NCBI GenBank assembly: GCA_036012755.1 | Contig: DASCPX010000016.1 | Location: forward strand, 32,001 to 96,000 | Source of the DNA: Myxococcota bacterium | GTDB taxonomy: Bacteria > Myxococcota_A > UBA796 > CAJQPC01 | Reading direction: 5' to 3' | DNA: 64,000 bases | In this document: piece by piece, positions 19,189-30,979 of the stretch | Numbering within the stretch: the stretch's first letter is position 1 | Layout: each line of letters begins with the position of its first letter | Notes under the pieces: model-generated | Told to the model about the DNA's origin: nothing | The model's database searches: none | Seen by the model: the letters and a program-made list of their open reading frames with translations, nothing else | Position numbers and translations under genes: made by a program

Positions 19189-20585
19189 GGCTCATCCGGC
19201 TTCGCGGGATCGACATAGCCCATCGCCTCGAGCTGCCGGACGGTCGCCTCGTCGAACTCGACCTTGACCTCGCTCGCCGCGCTGGCCGCGACGTGCTCAC
19301 GCAGGGTCCTCTCCAGCTTCGGTGCGGGACGAGACAGCGCCGTCTTCTCCTTGGGGTCGGCCACCAGGTCGAAGAGCTCGGAGCGGCCCTCCTCGGGCAG
19401 CCAGTGGCGACCATGCTCGGCGACCTGGTGGTCCTCGACGTAGAGGATGAGCTTGCTCTGGCCGTCCTGCACGGCCTTGGCCTCGCCGCGCTGATTCAGG
19501 GCTTCGGAGATCGCCACCCGGTGGTCGGCGTCGGCGGTTGGCAGGGGGGCGCCGTCGATGTCCTCGGGCACGGGCAGCTCGAGGATCGACAGGATGGTCG
19601 GCATCACGTCGACGGTGGGCACCGTGGTCGTGACGTGGGTGCCAGCGTGCTCGCCCCCGGGCCACTTCACGAGCAGGGGCACGTGCACGAGCTCCTCGTA
19701 GAGCGTGTGTCCGTGGGCATCGTAGAAGTGGTTGCCGTGGTCCACGAACTCCTCGCCGTGATCGGAGGTGACGATGATGAGGGCGCGCTCGTAGAGCCCC
19801 TGCTCCTTCAGCTCGGAGACGAGGTCCGCGAAGTGACCGTCCATTGCACGGATGCCCCCGTCGTAGAGCGCCATGGTGACCTTGGGGTGGACGGCGTCGT
19901 GGGCCTTCAGGGTCGCGCTGTAGTCGGTGTGCGCCTGCTGCCGGGCCTCGTTGTCCGGCGGGCCGCTGCGCAGGATCCGGTCGAACTCGGCGAGCTCGGC
20001 GGCAAGCTCGGGCCGATCGATGAAGCGCGTGTCCGTATAGGGAGCGTGGACCTCGAAGCTGTGCCAGAAGAGCAGGAAGGGCTGCTCGGCGTGCCCGGCA
20101 GTCCAGCTCGACAGCTCCGCGACGTGGGCGTCCGTGAGCTTGTAGTGGTCCGTCTCGTAGGTCGCGAAGCCCTGGCCGAGCCCGACCTTGGGATCCATCG
20201 AGCCGCCGCCGGTGAACGCCGCGGTCGCGTAGCCTGCCGAGCCGAGGTGCTCCGCGAGGGTCTGCACGGCGGGGTCGAGCGAGCGCACACCGTCGCCGCG
20301 CTCCAGCGCGTCGATGAGGTCGAAGTAGTACTGGGTCACGCCGTGATGGCCCGGGTAGAGACCAGTCATCAGGCTGACGTGGGCCGGCGTCGTCCACGGC
20401 GCCGAGGAGACGGCGTGTTCGTAGAGGACCGCGTCCCTGGCGAAGGCATCCAGCGCGGGCGAGGTCTCGGAGATCGCGTAGCCGTAGCTGCCGAGGTGGT
20501 CGGCACGGAGCGTGTCGATGCTGACCAGCACGACCGGCGTGGGCGAAGGCTCCACCGGCGTCGAGCATGCGAGGAGCCAGGTCAC
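19185..20585 (-). CDS. Sulfatase-like (alkaline phosphatase superfamily) lipoprotein
   Basis: SIDTLRADH, APWTTPAHVSLMTG, HAPY, TSDHGEEF, HGHTLY and LEAMGY motifs. Confidence 0.9.
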   Translation of the reverse strand: MTWLLACSTPVEPSPTPVVLVSIDTLRADHLGSYGYAISETSPALDAFARDAVLYEHAVSSAPWTTPAHVSLMTGLYPGHHGVTQYYFDLIDALERGDGVRSLDPAVQTLAEHLGSAGYATAAFTGGGSMDPKVGLGQGFATYETDHYKLTDAHVAELSSWTAGHAEQPFLLFWHSFEVHAPYTDTRFIDRPELAAELAEFDRILRSGPPDNEARQQAHTDYSATLKAHDAVHPKVTMALYDGGIRAMDGHFADLVSELKEQGLYERALIIVTSDHGEEFVDHGNHFYDAHGHTLYEELVHVPLLVKWPGGEHAGTHVTTTVPTVDVMPTILSILELPVPEDIDGAPLPTADADHRVAISEALNQRGEAKAVQDGQSKLILYVEDHQVAEHGRHWLPEEGRSELFDLVADPKEKTALSRPAPKLERTLREHVAASAASEVKVEFDEATVRQLEAMGYVDPAKPDEP

Positions 20586-20739
20586 TTCGCTATCTCTACC
20601 ACGGTCTCAGCCCTCCGGATGGCCGTGCACCGTCGCCAGGAGGGCCGCCAGGCGCACCTCCGCGACACCGCGCCGACATCGGCGTGACGCTGCGCGTTCA
20701 CCACTCCAGGGAGCATCCTGGAGTCACGAGGAGGAAGAG

Positions 20740-21291
20740 ATGTGGCTTCTTGCACTGGCGCTCGCTACCGCGGATGAGTGCGCGATCACGGCACAGGTCG
20801 ATGAAGCGGGGAAGCTCGTCTACGTGGACCGGGGGACCTGCCCCCCCTGGTTCCAGATCCAGCTCCAGAACTCGGTCGGCCAGGACGAGCCCCTGCCGCT
20901 CCCGGAGCACACGTTGGTCCAGCTCCCGGTCACCATCGACGGTCGGGCCGCGTATCTCGGTCCGGCGACAGAGGGTCGTGTCGTCGGCCCCCACCGCGGC
21001 GAGGGCCCCGACGTCTCCCATCTCGCGGAGCGCGTCCCCGACCTCCCGCCGGACTGCGAGCTCCTGGCGACGGTGGATCCGGAGGGGCGGATCGACTCGA
21101 TCTCACCGGTGGACTGCGCGATCTCCGACTACCAGTCGGCCCAACGTCGAGCACGACGGGCACGCTTCGAGAGCGGGGCGGATGCCCGCCTCCCAGGCCC
21201 ACTCGCCGAGCATCGGGATCTTGAAGATGAGGTCGTCCCCGAGCCCCGCCGGGAGCCGATTGGTGGCATGGAAGACCTCGACCCCGAGTAG
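20740..21291 (+). pseudogene. Secreted protein with TonB-C-like segments, apparently truncated near 21172
   Basis: GAGGA before ATG at 20740 (MWLLALALATA); CELLATVDPEGRI...AQRRARRARFE then runs antisense into the acyltransferase. Confidence 0.5.
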
Positions 21292-21468
21292 GAAGCCGTC
21301 GTAGGTGGCCAGGGAGTGGTGCATCGCGAAGAGCACGCCGCCGGTCCGCGGGACGTGCTCGAGACCCTGCACCGAGTGGCGGTGGTAGACCGACAGTGGG
21401 CGCGCCACGTTCTCGAAGAAACGCACAGCGCCAGGGGTGATGACGGGGTTCGTCCGTTGCTCTCCCAT
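21103..21468 (-). pseudogene. Lysophospholipid acyltransferase (PlsC-like), N-terminal half only
   Basis: GLEHVPRTGGVLFAMHHSLATYD (HxxxxD) present; the downstream PGG/E block is missing. Confidence 0.75.
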
Positions 21469-21505
21469 CGCGCCGCGACTAACGCGTTAGCGGCGAGCAC
21501 TGCAG

Positions 21506-22771
<1,266 letters not shown>

Positions 22772-22783
<12 letters not shown>

Positions 22784-24280
22784 GGCCAGCCGGCGGGACA
22801 GCACCGTCGAGACCGTCATCGTGGACAGCTGCGGATTCACGCCCAGGGAGCTCGGGAAGACCGAGGCGTCGTGGATCGACAGCCCCTCGACGCCGCGCGC
22901 GTGGCCGCCACCGTCGATGGTCCTGCCCATGCGACAGGTCGCCATCGGGTGGCTCGAGTAGAGGACGAAGTCCCGGATGGAGGCGGCCCGCATGGCCCTG
23001 GAGAAGAGCTCGAGGTCACCGGTCGCCGGGACGCCGTGGGCGATGGCGTAGAGTTCGGTGGCGCCTGCCTCGAGCAGCACGCGAGCGCAGAGGATCATGC
23101 CCTCCAGGATCTGCTCGATGTCGTGGGGATCGAAGGTGTAGGAGATGTCGGCTCGACCGTCAGGGAAGGCCCCGACCCGCCCGTGACCGTGATCGCTGAC
23201 CAGGGCCAGCACGCCCCCTATGCGTCGGAGCACGCCGAAGGTCGCCTTGATGCTGCCGTAGTGAGGCGCCAGCAACATCGAGACCACCTCTGGCGGCGAG
23301 GTCCAGGTGTGGGGGAGCAGGCCGGGGAGCTCCGGATCGTGGAAGTAGCAGCCCTGGGTGGCGCCCTGGAAGACATCGACCTCTTCGTCGAAGAGCGCGA
23401 GCACGGCGCTGCCCGGGTGCACCAGGAGCCCCTCGCCGACCTCGACGAGCTCCTCGGCCAGCCCGCAGTGGTGGAGGAGCCGAGGGGTGCCCACAGCCCC
23501 TGCCGAGAGCACCGTGTGTCGGGCTCGGACCCTCACCCGCCCGCCGCTGGCGCCGGTGTCCGGGTGGTGCATGCGGCCACTGACCCCCACGACCCGCCGG
23601 CCCTCGACGTCGACGGACTGCACCCTCGTCTCGGCCTGGATGCGCGCGCCGGCCTGGACCGCGCGAGCCATCAGGTTGAGGTTCACCGTGGCCTTGCCGT
23701 TGACCGGACAGCCGAAGTTGCAGGCGCCGCAGCCGACGCAGCCCGGCGTGTTCCGCGGCGCCAGCCCTCCGGCATAGCCCAGCCGCTTCGCGGCCTCTGC
23801 GATGAGCACGTTGTGCTTGCCGGCGGCGTGGTCCGAGCTCGGAGGACCGACCCCGAGGAGCTCCTCCATCTCCTCGAAGACCGGCGACAGGGTCTCCGGC
23901 GACCAGTCCTCGTCCAGCAGCTCGTCCCAGTGGCGCAGGACCGCGTCGGGAGTCCGGAAGCAGAGCGCCGAGTTGATGAGCGAGCCTCCACCGATCCCGC
24001 GGCCCGCCGCGATGAGGAAGGGCGTGGGCCCGCGGGCCAGCATCGTGCCCGCCTCCTGCATGTGGTAGCGGGCCGTGTGGGCCTGGCTAGTCTTGAAGTT
24101 CGAGGCCTTCGGGCCCTCCTCGACCACGATCACCGACAGGCCGGCCTCGGAGAGCACGCGAGCGCTGGCAGAGCCCCCGGGTCCAGCCCCGACGATGCAG
24201 ACATCCGCTCGCAGATCGCGGTCCTCTGTCGAGAACCCGGCGGCCACCGGGGCCGGCAGGATCGGCTGGATCGGCCTCAT
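22772..24280 (-). CDS. GMC family oxidoreductase
   Basis: GAGPGG, GRGIGGGSLIN, CVGCGACNFGCP, AGAVGTP, HPMATCRMG and DASVFPSSLGVNPQ motifs; ATG at 24280 overlaps the upstream stop. Confidence 0.92.
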
Positions 24281-24771
24281 ACGCCGTAGCCGCAGCGGGT
24301 CATGGCGCTGAAGAAGTCCACCGCCTCCGGGTGGATCGTGTACCCCATGCCCAGCAGCAGCACGAGGGACTGGATGACACTGCGGACCTCTGCGATGGGA
24401 TGGACCATCCACTCGTGCACGAGGGCTCGCCTTGCAGCCAGGGGTTTCTCGGAGAAGCCGCCGCCAAGGGCCTCGAGGGCGTGGACGAGCAGGCGGATGC
24501 CCTTGGCCTGGAACTCCGGCATGTGGGTCAGCACCTCGTCGATGAAGCGATCGAGCTGCGCCTCGGCGCCGGACAGCGCCGGCTCTCCTCCTGGCGGGTA
24601 GAGGGCCTCTGCGAGAGCGGACACCACGAGCCCCTCCTCCGCGGAGAGCCTCGCGTAGGGCGCCTCCGGCGGCTGATCCCACCAGCGCAAGCCGAGCCCT
24701 CCGACCCCCACCGCGGACGCGGCGGCGACCGCAGCCCCTGCGGCGAGCACGTGCCGGCGGGTGATCCGCAT
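24277..24771 (-). CDS. Tat-signal protein resembling gluconate 2-dehydrogenase subunit 3
   Basis: MRITRRHVLAAG twin-arginine signal; ALAEALYP...FID...F...R...GY pattern; directly upstream of the GMC gene. Confidence 0.72.
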   Translation of the reverse strand: MRITRRHVLAAGAAVAAASAVGVGGLGLRWWDQPPEAPYARLSAEEGLVVSALAEALYPPGGEPALSGAEAQLDRFIDEVLTHMPEFQAKGIRLLVHALEALGGGFSEKPLAARRALVHEWMVHPIAEVRSVIQSLVLLLGMGYTIHPEAVDFFSAMTRCGYGV

Positions 24772-24821
24772 GAACAGTACGGCGGTAACCGACGTACACA
24801 ACGGGGGTTAGGGTCTTGTCC

Positions 24822-25802
24822 GTGCCTCTTCTTCCGTTCTTCGGTGCCGTCGCGCTCGTTGGTCTCGCCATCGCGGCGTGGGCCTACTTCGACGGCCAAT
24901 GGGGTGGCGGAGAGAGGCTCACGGACGAGGAGGGCAGCCGCCGCAACCAGCGCCTGGATCGCAGCTGGCGACGGGGCGAGGACCTCAGGCAGTACCCCCG
25001 CCGCCTCAAAGAGCTCGAGGACCAGCTTATAGGCTCGCACCGCGCCGCACAGCAGCAGCTCCAGCACCTCGGCCTGAAGGCCTCCGAGATGGACGAAAAG
25101 GGCCGCGGGGATCTCGCCGAGCGCTACCAGGCCGACCTCGACGTGCTCGAGCGTCGGGCCGCAGCCACCCGCAGGGTGATGGCCACCGTCTGGAAGACCA
25201 GAGCCATCCTGCATCTGCGGGTCCACCTGGCGGTCGCCGCTCGCCAGCGCCCCGATCTCGCCCACCTCCCCCAGCCCCTGGACGTGGACCCCAGCGAGCT
25301 CGAAGCAGCAGCAGAGAACTACTTCCTCTCCAAGAACGAGGTCCGCACCTTCGTCGAGGTCCTCGACGGCCTCTGCGGGCACGTGTCCGAGATCGTCCCG
25401 CCCAAGCCGCTGTCCGCGGAGGTCGACCCCAAGGACGAGCTCACCGTGCAGAAGGAGGTCGACGCCATCGAGCGCACCCTGGAGCAGCTGCGAGAGCGCA
25501 TGGACAAGCTCGGCGACACGCTCGACTACCTCTCGGATCGCTTCAAGACCCAGCGCGTCGTCGAGGGAGCCGATCTGTCCGTCGACTTCGGGCCAGAGGC
25601 CAGCAAGCTGCTGGTCGAGGTCAGCGGGGCCGTGAGCCAGCTCGAGGCGCTCTCGGCGGTCGGGGACAAGGGCCTGGCCGACGCAGCGGTCGACTCGCTC
25701 TGCGAGGACATCGGCCGCCTCGAGCAGGCCGGCATGGAGGCCAGCGCGGAGGAGGAGGCAAACCAGGAGGTCCAGCGCCTGCTGGAGCAGTTCGCTCGAT
25801 GA
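24822..25802 (+). CDS. Membrane-anchored coiled-coil hypothetical protein
   Basis: N-terminal TM and a long helical E/L/R-rich body; start at GTG 24822 or TTG 24816. Confidence 0.7.
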   Translation: MPLLPFFGAVALVGLAIAAWAYFDGQWGGGERLTDEEGSRRNQRLDRSWRRGEDLRQYPRRLKELEDQLIGSHRAAQQQLQHLGLKASEMDEKGRGDLAERYQADLDVLERRAAATRRVMATVWKTRAILHLRVHLAVAARQRPDLAHLPQPLDVDPSELEAAAENYFLSKNEVRTFVEVLDGLCGHVSEIVPPKPLSAEVDPKDELTVQKEVDAIERTLEQLRERMDKLGDTLDYLSDRFKTQRVVEGADLSVDFGPEASKLLVEVSGAVSQLEALSAVGDKGLADAAVDSLCEDIGRLEQAGMEASAEEEANQEVQRLLEQFAR

Positions 25803-26230
25803 TCCTGCTGCTGAGCGCGGTGCTCGCGAGCGAGCCGACGATCGCCCTCGACAAGCAGCCGACCACCGAAGAGGCCGCGCGCGAGGCCCAGGATGCCTGG
25901 CTGCGCTACGCCACCGCCGCCACCGCCGCCGTCTGGCCCACCTTCGAGGCCGAGCTGAAGGACATGAAGTTGCCAGGCGCCAGCTATGCGTGGAATGCAC
26001 GCCTGGTCGTCGACCCGGAGGGCAAGCTCGTCATCGTCACGCTCTCGGAGGGCTCCGGCCACGCGGCCGCTGACGCCGCGCTCATCGCTGCCTTCCAGCA
26101 GGTCGGCCTGTTCGGGCCGCCGCCGAAGGTCTGGATCCAGACGACGGACGAGGCGGTCTTCGACGGGCTCGTCTTCACCTACGAGCGCCAGGCCGACCCC
26201 GGCGCCCTCAAGGTGCCCTACGAGCGGTAG
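25799..26230 (+). CDS. TonB/TolA C-terminal domain-containing protein
   Basis: ATG overlaps the upstream stop; LVVDPEGKL....SEGSGH.AAD.A...A....FGPPP pattern. Confidence 0.78.
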   Translation: MILLLSAVLASEPTIALDKQPTTEEAAREAQDAWLRYATAATAAVWPTFEAELKDMKLPGASYAWNARLVVDPEGKLVIVTLSEGSGHAAADAALIAAFQQVGLFGPPPKVWIQTTDEAVFDGLVFTYERQADPGALKVPYER

Positions 26231-26235
26231 GGGCC

Positions 26236-27246
26236 CTACAGCCCCGTGTCGCGCTGATAGGTGATGTCCGGGTAGTGCCAGTCCCGCACGCCGCCGGTGG
26301 TGAAGGACCAGGTCTCCTCGTAGCTGCCCGACTGGTTCGTCACCGCGATGGTCGCCGTGTAGGTCGTGTGCTCTGAGAGCGGTGAGGTCGGCACCATCGC
26401 GACGGTGTACTGCAGCTTCTCGATGTCGTTCGGATCGACGACGATGACCTCGACCTCGCCGTCGGGCCCCACGAGCTTCGTCCGGTCCACGATGAGATCG
26501 TAGGGGTTCGAGTTCCTCGAGCCGGCGTCACCCGTCGTCAGCATCGTGATGGGGAGCCCGAGCTCGTCGTCGAAGCCCACCGGGTCGGTCTCGATCGAGG
26601 AGCCCTCCGGGTAGTGCTGGTAGTTCGGGGGCACGCCGATCTGTCCGTCCGCCGGGTAGACGACCGGGCGCCCGACCCGGTGCTTGTCCGGCTCCTCGCG
26701 CAGCAAGACGAACTGCCCGAAGGGCTCGGCCTTCCCGAAGCCGGCCTCGTACCAGCCCGGGGACATGAGCGCCTCTCGGAACTGGAAGTGGGCCATCAGC
26801 CGGTCGACCCAGAGCTCCACGTCGCCGACGTCGTCATAGCTGAAGTAGAGCTGCCACTTGCCCCAGTCGACGTTGGTCTCGGTGTAGCCAGCCGCGTCGA
26901 GGCGCTTGTTGAGCTTCTCTCCGGTGAACCGATCCCGGTCCGAGTCCTCTGCATCCCAGTCCCGCACGGGCTCGCCGGTCTCGGAGTCCAGGAGGGTGTA
27001 GAGGGCCGTGTCGGATACGTACCAGCCGTACTCGTAGTGCTCCTGGAAGTAGCGGGCGTGGGACTGCGCCGCCTCGGAGACCGCCGGATCCATGCGCCCC
27101 ATGGAGACCCCCGTGAGCCGTCGATAGCAGTTCACGCGCCCGACGAACTGCTCCGTGGCGGCGCTGCCACCTCCGGGGAGTCGATTTGAACAAGCCTGTT
27201 GGACCGTGTCGTAGGAGCATCCGGCCAGAAGCAACCAGATGTTCAT
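26236..27246 (-). CDS. CAP/SCP-domain lipoprotein with an Ig-like C-terminus
   Basis: Starts MNIWLLLAGC; VNCYR, AAQSHARY, FTG....RL.AAGY, VVYPADGQ.GVP and WSFTT motifs. Confidence 0.78.
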   Translation of the reverse strand: MNIWLLLAGCSYDTVQQACSNRLPGGGSAATEQFVGRVNCYRRLTGVSMGRMDPAVSEAAQSHARYFQEHYEYGWYVSDTALYTLLDSETGEPVRDWDAEDSDRDRFTGEKLNKRLDAAGYTETNVDWGKWQLYFSYDDVGDVELWVDRLMAHFQFREALMSPGWYEAGFGKAEPFGQFVLLREEPDKHRVGRPVVYPADGQIGVPPNYQHYPEGSSIETDPVGFDDELGLPITMLTTGDAGSRNSNPYDLIVDRTKLVGPDGEVEVIVVDPNDIEKLQYTVAMVPTSPLSEHTTYTATIAVTNQSGSYEETWSFTTGGVRDWHYPDITYQRDTGL

Positions 27247-27286
27247 GAGCTTAGCCGCCCCACGAGCAGGCCCCATCTCTCGTGGC

Positions 27287-28825
27287 TCACGCGAGGTGCC
27301 CGAACAACAGGGCGCAGACGATGGCCGCGGCCAGGAAGCCAGCGAGGTCGGCCGACAGCCCGGCCAGCACCGCGTGGCGGGTCTTGCTCACGCCCACGGC
27401 GCCGAAGTAGACGGCGAGCACGTAGAAGGTCGTGTCCGTCGAGCCCTGCATGGTGCTGGCGAGGTAGCCGATGTAGCTGTCAGGCCCGTGGGTCTGGAGC
27501 AGCTCCACCATGAGCCCGAAGGCACCGGATCCAGAGAGCGGGCGCACGAGCGCCATCGGGAGGACCTCTGGCGGCACCCCAAGGGGCTCGGTGACGATGC
27601 CCATCCAGCCGGTGAGCCAGGTCATCGCGCCGGACCCGCGGAACATGCCGACCGCCACGAGGATCGCCACCAGGTAGGGGATGATCATCACCCCGGTCGT
27701 GAAGCCCTCCTTCGCGCCCTTGACGAAGCTCTCGTAGACCTTCACCCCCCGAGCCCAGCCGAAGAGCACCAGCGAGAGGATCAGGACGGGGATCACCCAG
27801 TCTCCGATGATCTCGGAGGCATGTCGCAGGGCGTAGGGGAGGGAGGGCTCGACCCTCAGGGCCTTCGTGGCGCAGGGCTCGTCCTCGCAGCTCTCCTCGA
27901 GGCGGTAGTCGCCCGTGGCGTCCGGCTCGAAGGTGTCCTCGAAGGCGCTCACCTCCGAGCTCGGTGGGGCCTCGACGACCTCCCAGCTGCCCTTGATCGG
28001 GGCCTTCTCCCACTGCCAGAGCACGGAGGTGTCCGGGCGCTCGTCTTCTCCGATCGCGACCGCGACCAGCGGTGGGCCAGCCAGGACGGCGAGCATCGCG
28101 AGCAGCACGATCCGCAGCACCCAGACTCCCCAGGTCGTGCTGGTCTGTTTCTCCTCCTTCATGAGCCCCTGCACGAGTTCGGAGACGGCGACGGCGTCGG
28201 AGCGCTCGACCTCCTTGGCGGGGCCGGTGTGGTCCGGCTCCTTCATGGCGAAGATCGGCAGGCGCTGGAGGCCCTTCGCCGCGAGGATGCCGACCACGGT
28301 CGCGCAGCCCGTCGCGGCGAGGGTGGAGGCCATGATCCCCCAGGGATCCGTCGAGCCGAAGGCGGCCCGGAGGCCCACCACCCCCGTTGGCAGGAGCGCC
28401 AACCCGGAGGTGTTGATGGCCAGGAACAGGACCATCGCGTTGCTGGCCACGCCGGGGCGCTTGTTGATCTTGTTCAGCTCCATCATCGCCTTGATGCCCA
28501 GCGGCGTCGCGGCGTTGGTGAGCCCGAGCATGTTGGCGGCGATGTTCATGATCATCGCGCCCATCGCAGGGTGCTCGGGCGGCACGTCGGGGAACAACCG
28601 GACCATGATCGGTCGGATCGCCCGCGCGAGGATGCGCAACAGGCCCCCGTCCTCCGCGACCTTCATCAAGCCGAGGAACAGCGCCATGTAGCCGATGAGG
28701 GAGATCGCGAGCGTGACGGAGTTCGCGGCACCGTCCAGGGCCGACTGCGAGACCGTCTCCATGCTCGAGGTGAGCGCGGCCACCACGAAGGCGATCACGA
28801 CGATGGCGATGAAGACCGCGTTCAC
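27287..28825 (-). CDS. Fused SpmA/SpmB nucleoside-recognition (Gate) membrane protein
   Basis: ANMLGLTNAATPLGIKAM (SpmA-like); VYESFVKGAKEGF, RPLSGSGA and GSTDTTFYVLAVYFG (SpmB-like). Confidence 0.9.
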   Translation of the reverse strand: MNAVFIAIVVIAFVVAALTSSMETVSQSALDGAANSVTLAISLIGYMALFLGLMKVAEDGGLLRILARAIRPIMVRLFPDVPPEHPAMGAMIMNIAANMLGLTNAATPLGIKAMMELNKINKRPGVASNAMVLFLAINTSGLALLPTGVVGLRAAFGSTDPWGIMASTLAATGCATVVGILAAKGLQRLPIFAMKEPDHTGPAKEVERSDAVAVSELVQGLMKEEKQTSTTWGVWVLRIVLLAMLAVLAGPPLVAVAIGEDERPDTSVLWQWEKAPIKGSWEVVEAPPSSEVSAFEDTFEPDATGDYRLEESCEDEPCATKALRVEPSLPYALRHASEIIGDWVIPVLILSLVLFGWARGVKVYESFVKGAKEGFTTGVMIIPYLVAILVAVGMFRGSGAMTWLTGWMGIVTEPLGVPPEVLPMALVRPLSGSGAFGLMVELLQTHGPDSYIGYLASTMQGSTDTTFYVLAVYFGAVGVSKTRHAVLAGLSADLAGFLAAAIVCALLFGHLA

Positions 28826-28878
28826 GAGTCCATCATTGGCCTCACCGGGCTTGACCTGTCAAGGTCGGAGCGCCCGAT

Positions 28879-29277
28879 TCAGCCCGTGGATTCCTCCGAG
28901 CAGTCCTCGAGATCGCGCAAGCTCCGCAGCAGGGCGCGCCTCAGCACTTCCCGCACCGCGAGATCCGTCACGCCGACGAGCCAGTCCCCGACGGCCTTGT
29001 CGACGATCTCCGAGTCGCTGTGACCGCTCTCGCGCAGTCGCACGCCCTTCACCTCGAGCCAGTCCCCGAGCGGGCCGAGCCGGATCACGTAGCTGAGCGC
29101 CTCCTCGACGGCCCCGTTGCGATCGGTCGGTGTCTGGACCTGAGCGAAGGGCGAGTCGAACTCGCGCACGTGCAGCGGCAGCCTGCCAGCGGACAGCTCG
29201 GCCACTGTGTGATCGGCGGGCGCGCGCTCGGACTCGGCGCGGATGAAGTGCTCGAGCTGCACCTCGTAGACCTTCAA
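28879..29277 (-). CDS. Hypothetical protein
   Basis: GGAGG before TTG at 29277; GC3-rich frame. Confidence 0.55.
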   Translation of the reverse strand: MKVYEVQLEHFIRAESERAPADHTVAELSAGRLPLHVREFDSPFAQVQTPTDRNGAVEEALSYVIRLGPLGDWLEVKGVRLRESGHSDSEIVDKAVGDWLVGVTDLAVREVLRRALLRSLRDLEDCSEESTG

Positions 29278-29592
29278 GGGGCGCCTCCGGACGGGGGGGG
29301 GGCGCGCATCCAGCGGGGTAGGCGAAGCTATCTCAGCGAAAAACAACAGTTCTTACAGGTCTCTCGCAATGCACTTGCCCGATCGAACCTTGCTCTGGTT
29401 TGAAAAACTTCCTCCCAACGGACTGGGACGTAATCTCCGTTTCGCCGCGTATGACGCGGGACTCCTCCGACAGGACGCGCACAGAGGACGCCCACCGCGG
29501 CTGGAAGGGAGTGGAGAGTCCATGTACATGACGCGCGAAGACGCCGACCCGCGGGGTGCCGCCACCCGCTGGAGAAGCCAGTCCTGTCCTCC

Positions 29593-30559
29593 TTGCGAGC
29601 CGTGACGATGGCCTGGGCATCGGGCAAGAGCGGAACCCTTTGCCTCGGCGAGCAGCGACTCCACCTCCTCCACGGTGAGCCCACGACGCCCGAGCAGCTC
29701 CAGTTGATCATCGAAGCGCTCTACGCCGAGGACGCCCCGAGCTTCCTCGAAGGGGCGATCCCGGGACGACCGACGCCGCCGCGCCTGGCGACGGAGCTCT
29801 GGGAGGCCGCGACCCGACTCGCGGAGCGCGCGTCGCTGAAGGGCCGTGCCCGCTGGCGTGTGCTGCCCGAGGAGAACTTCCACCGCCTCAACGCCTTCCC
29901 CGTCCGTCCGCTGACCGCCCGCTTCCTCAGCCGCGCCGACTCAAAGAAGGTGAGGCTGGGCGACACGGTGCGAATGGACAAGAGCGCGCGGATGGAGGTC
30001 CTCGACGATTTCGTCGCCCTCGAGGTCCTTGGGGTGGTGACGCTCGAGGCCCCCGCCGACGGTGCGGTCCGGGAGGACCCTGTGCGGCCACGCCCCAACG
30101 TCGACGCGAAGACGGAGCGGAGGCTGCAGCGCGAGTGGGGGCTCCTCCGCGACGCGGACGACTGGACAGTGCTGGGCTGCACGCCCGGCATGGCCCCGGA
30201 GACCGTGGAGGCGGCGGCCCGACGGATGGCCTCCCGCTATCGCCAGCTCTTGCGAGAGCCCCGCATCACCGAGAAGGGACAGGAGACCGCGCGCCGCATC
30301 CTGGCTCGGCTACGCGCTCTACCACGACTTCACCCGGGACCTGATGCGCCAGCGCCAGGGCATGCGGATGATCGAGAAGGCGCTGGAGATGGGCAACGAC
30401 AATGGAGATCCCGGCTTCCTGATGGCAAAGATCCTCCACGGCGATGGCGAACTCGTGCGGGCCTGGAATCACCTGGACAAGGTCCTCGCCAAGCACCCGG
30501 CCCACGCCGACGCGAGCGCGCTGCGAGACCAGATCCAGAAGGAGATCCGGCGGGACTAA
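29593..30559 (+). pseudogene. J-domain-like/TPR protein with an internal deletion and frameshift near 30305
   Basis: DDWTVLG.....ETVEAAARRMASRY (degenerate J domain) in one frame; TPR-like WLGYALY...KEIRRD in another; exact start uncertain. Confidence 0.6.
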
Positions 30560-30979
30560 CTCCGACCTGACGGGAGCTTCCGCCAGTCCACGAAGCCCCG
30601 CCCGGAGGTGTCGGGCTGGCAGCTCGGACAGAAGAAGGCATCGTGTCCGCGCACGTAGCGAAGCTGGCGCCCGTCGGACAAGCCGATCACCAGCGCACAG
30701 CGCCTTGCGCCTCCGCACCCTCGGCGCAACCAGGCGGAAGCGCCCGGCCAGCATCGGTGAGACCAGGAGATCGTTGTCCCCCGACAGGGTGAAGACGACC
30801 ATGTGCGCCCGGCGCGCGACCGCCTCGATCGTGCAGCCAGCGACGTGCTCGTCGAAGGACCCGGCGAGGCCGAGTCGCATGACGACGGGGTTGTGGATGG
30901 TCGCCCTCTCGACGCGCAGACCGACCACGCCCTCCTCGAGCAGCGGGACTACGTACTCGAGGTCGGGGCGCTCCGGCAT
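30556..30979 (-). pseudogene. Fpg/Nei DNA glycosylase remnant (frameshift plus loss of the H2TH domain)
   Basis: MPERPDLE N-terminus and MLAGRF; then LRY is joined directly to VRGHDAFFCPSCQP (half zinc finger). Confidence 0.82.

Noticed and set aside
8549..20585. FGE-like gene as maturase for the sulfatase
   Set aside because: They are 10 kb apart, the sulfatase lacks C/S-x-P-x-R, and the FGE-like protein is not clearly catalytic
27287..28825. Sporulation locus
   Set aside because: SpmAB fusions are widespread in non-sporulating bacteria and no other sporulation genes are present
29293..29302. G10 tract as a frameshift site
   Set aside because: It lies upstream of a GGAGG and TTG start at 29277, so no frameshift is needed; a promoter effect cannot be judged
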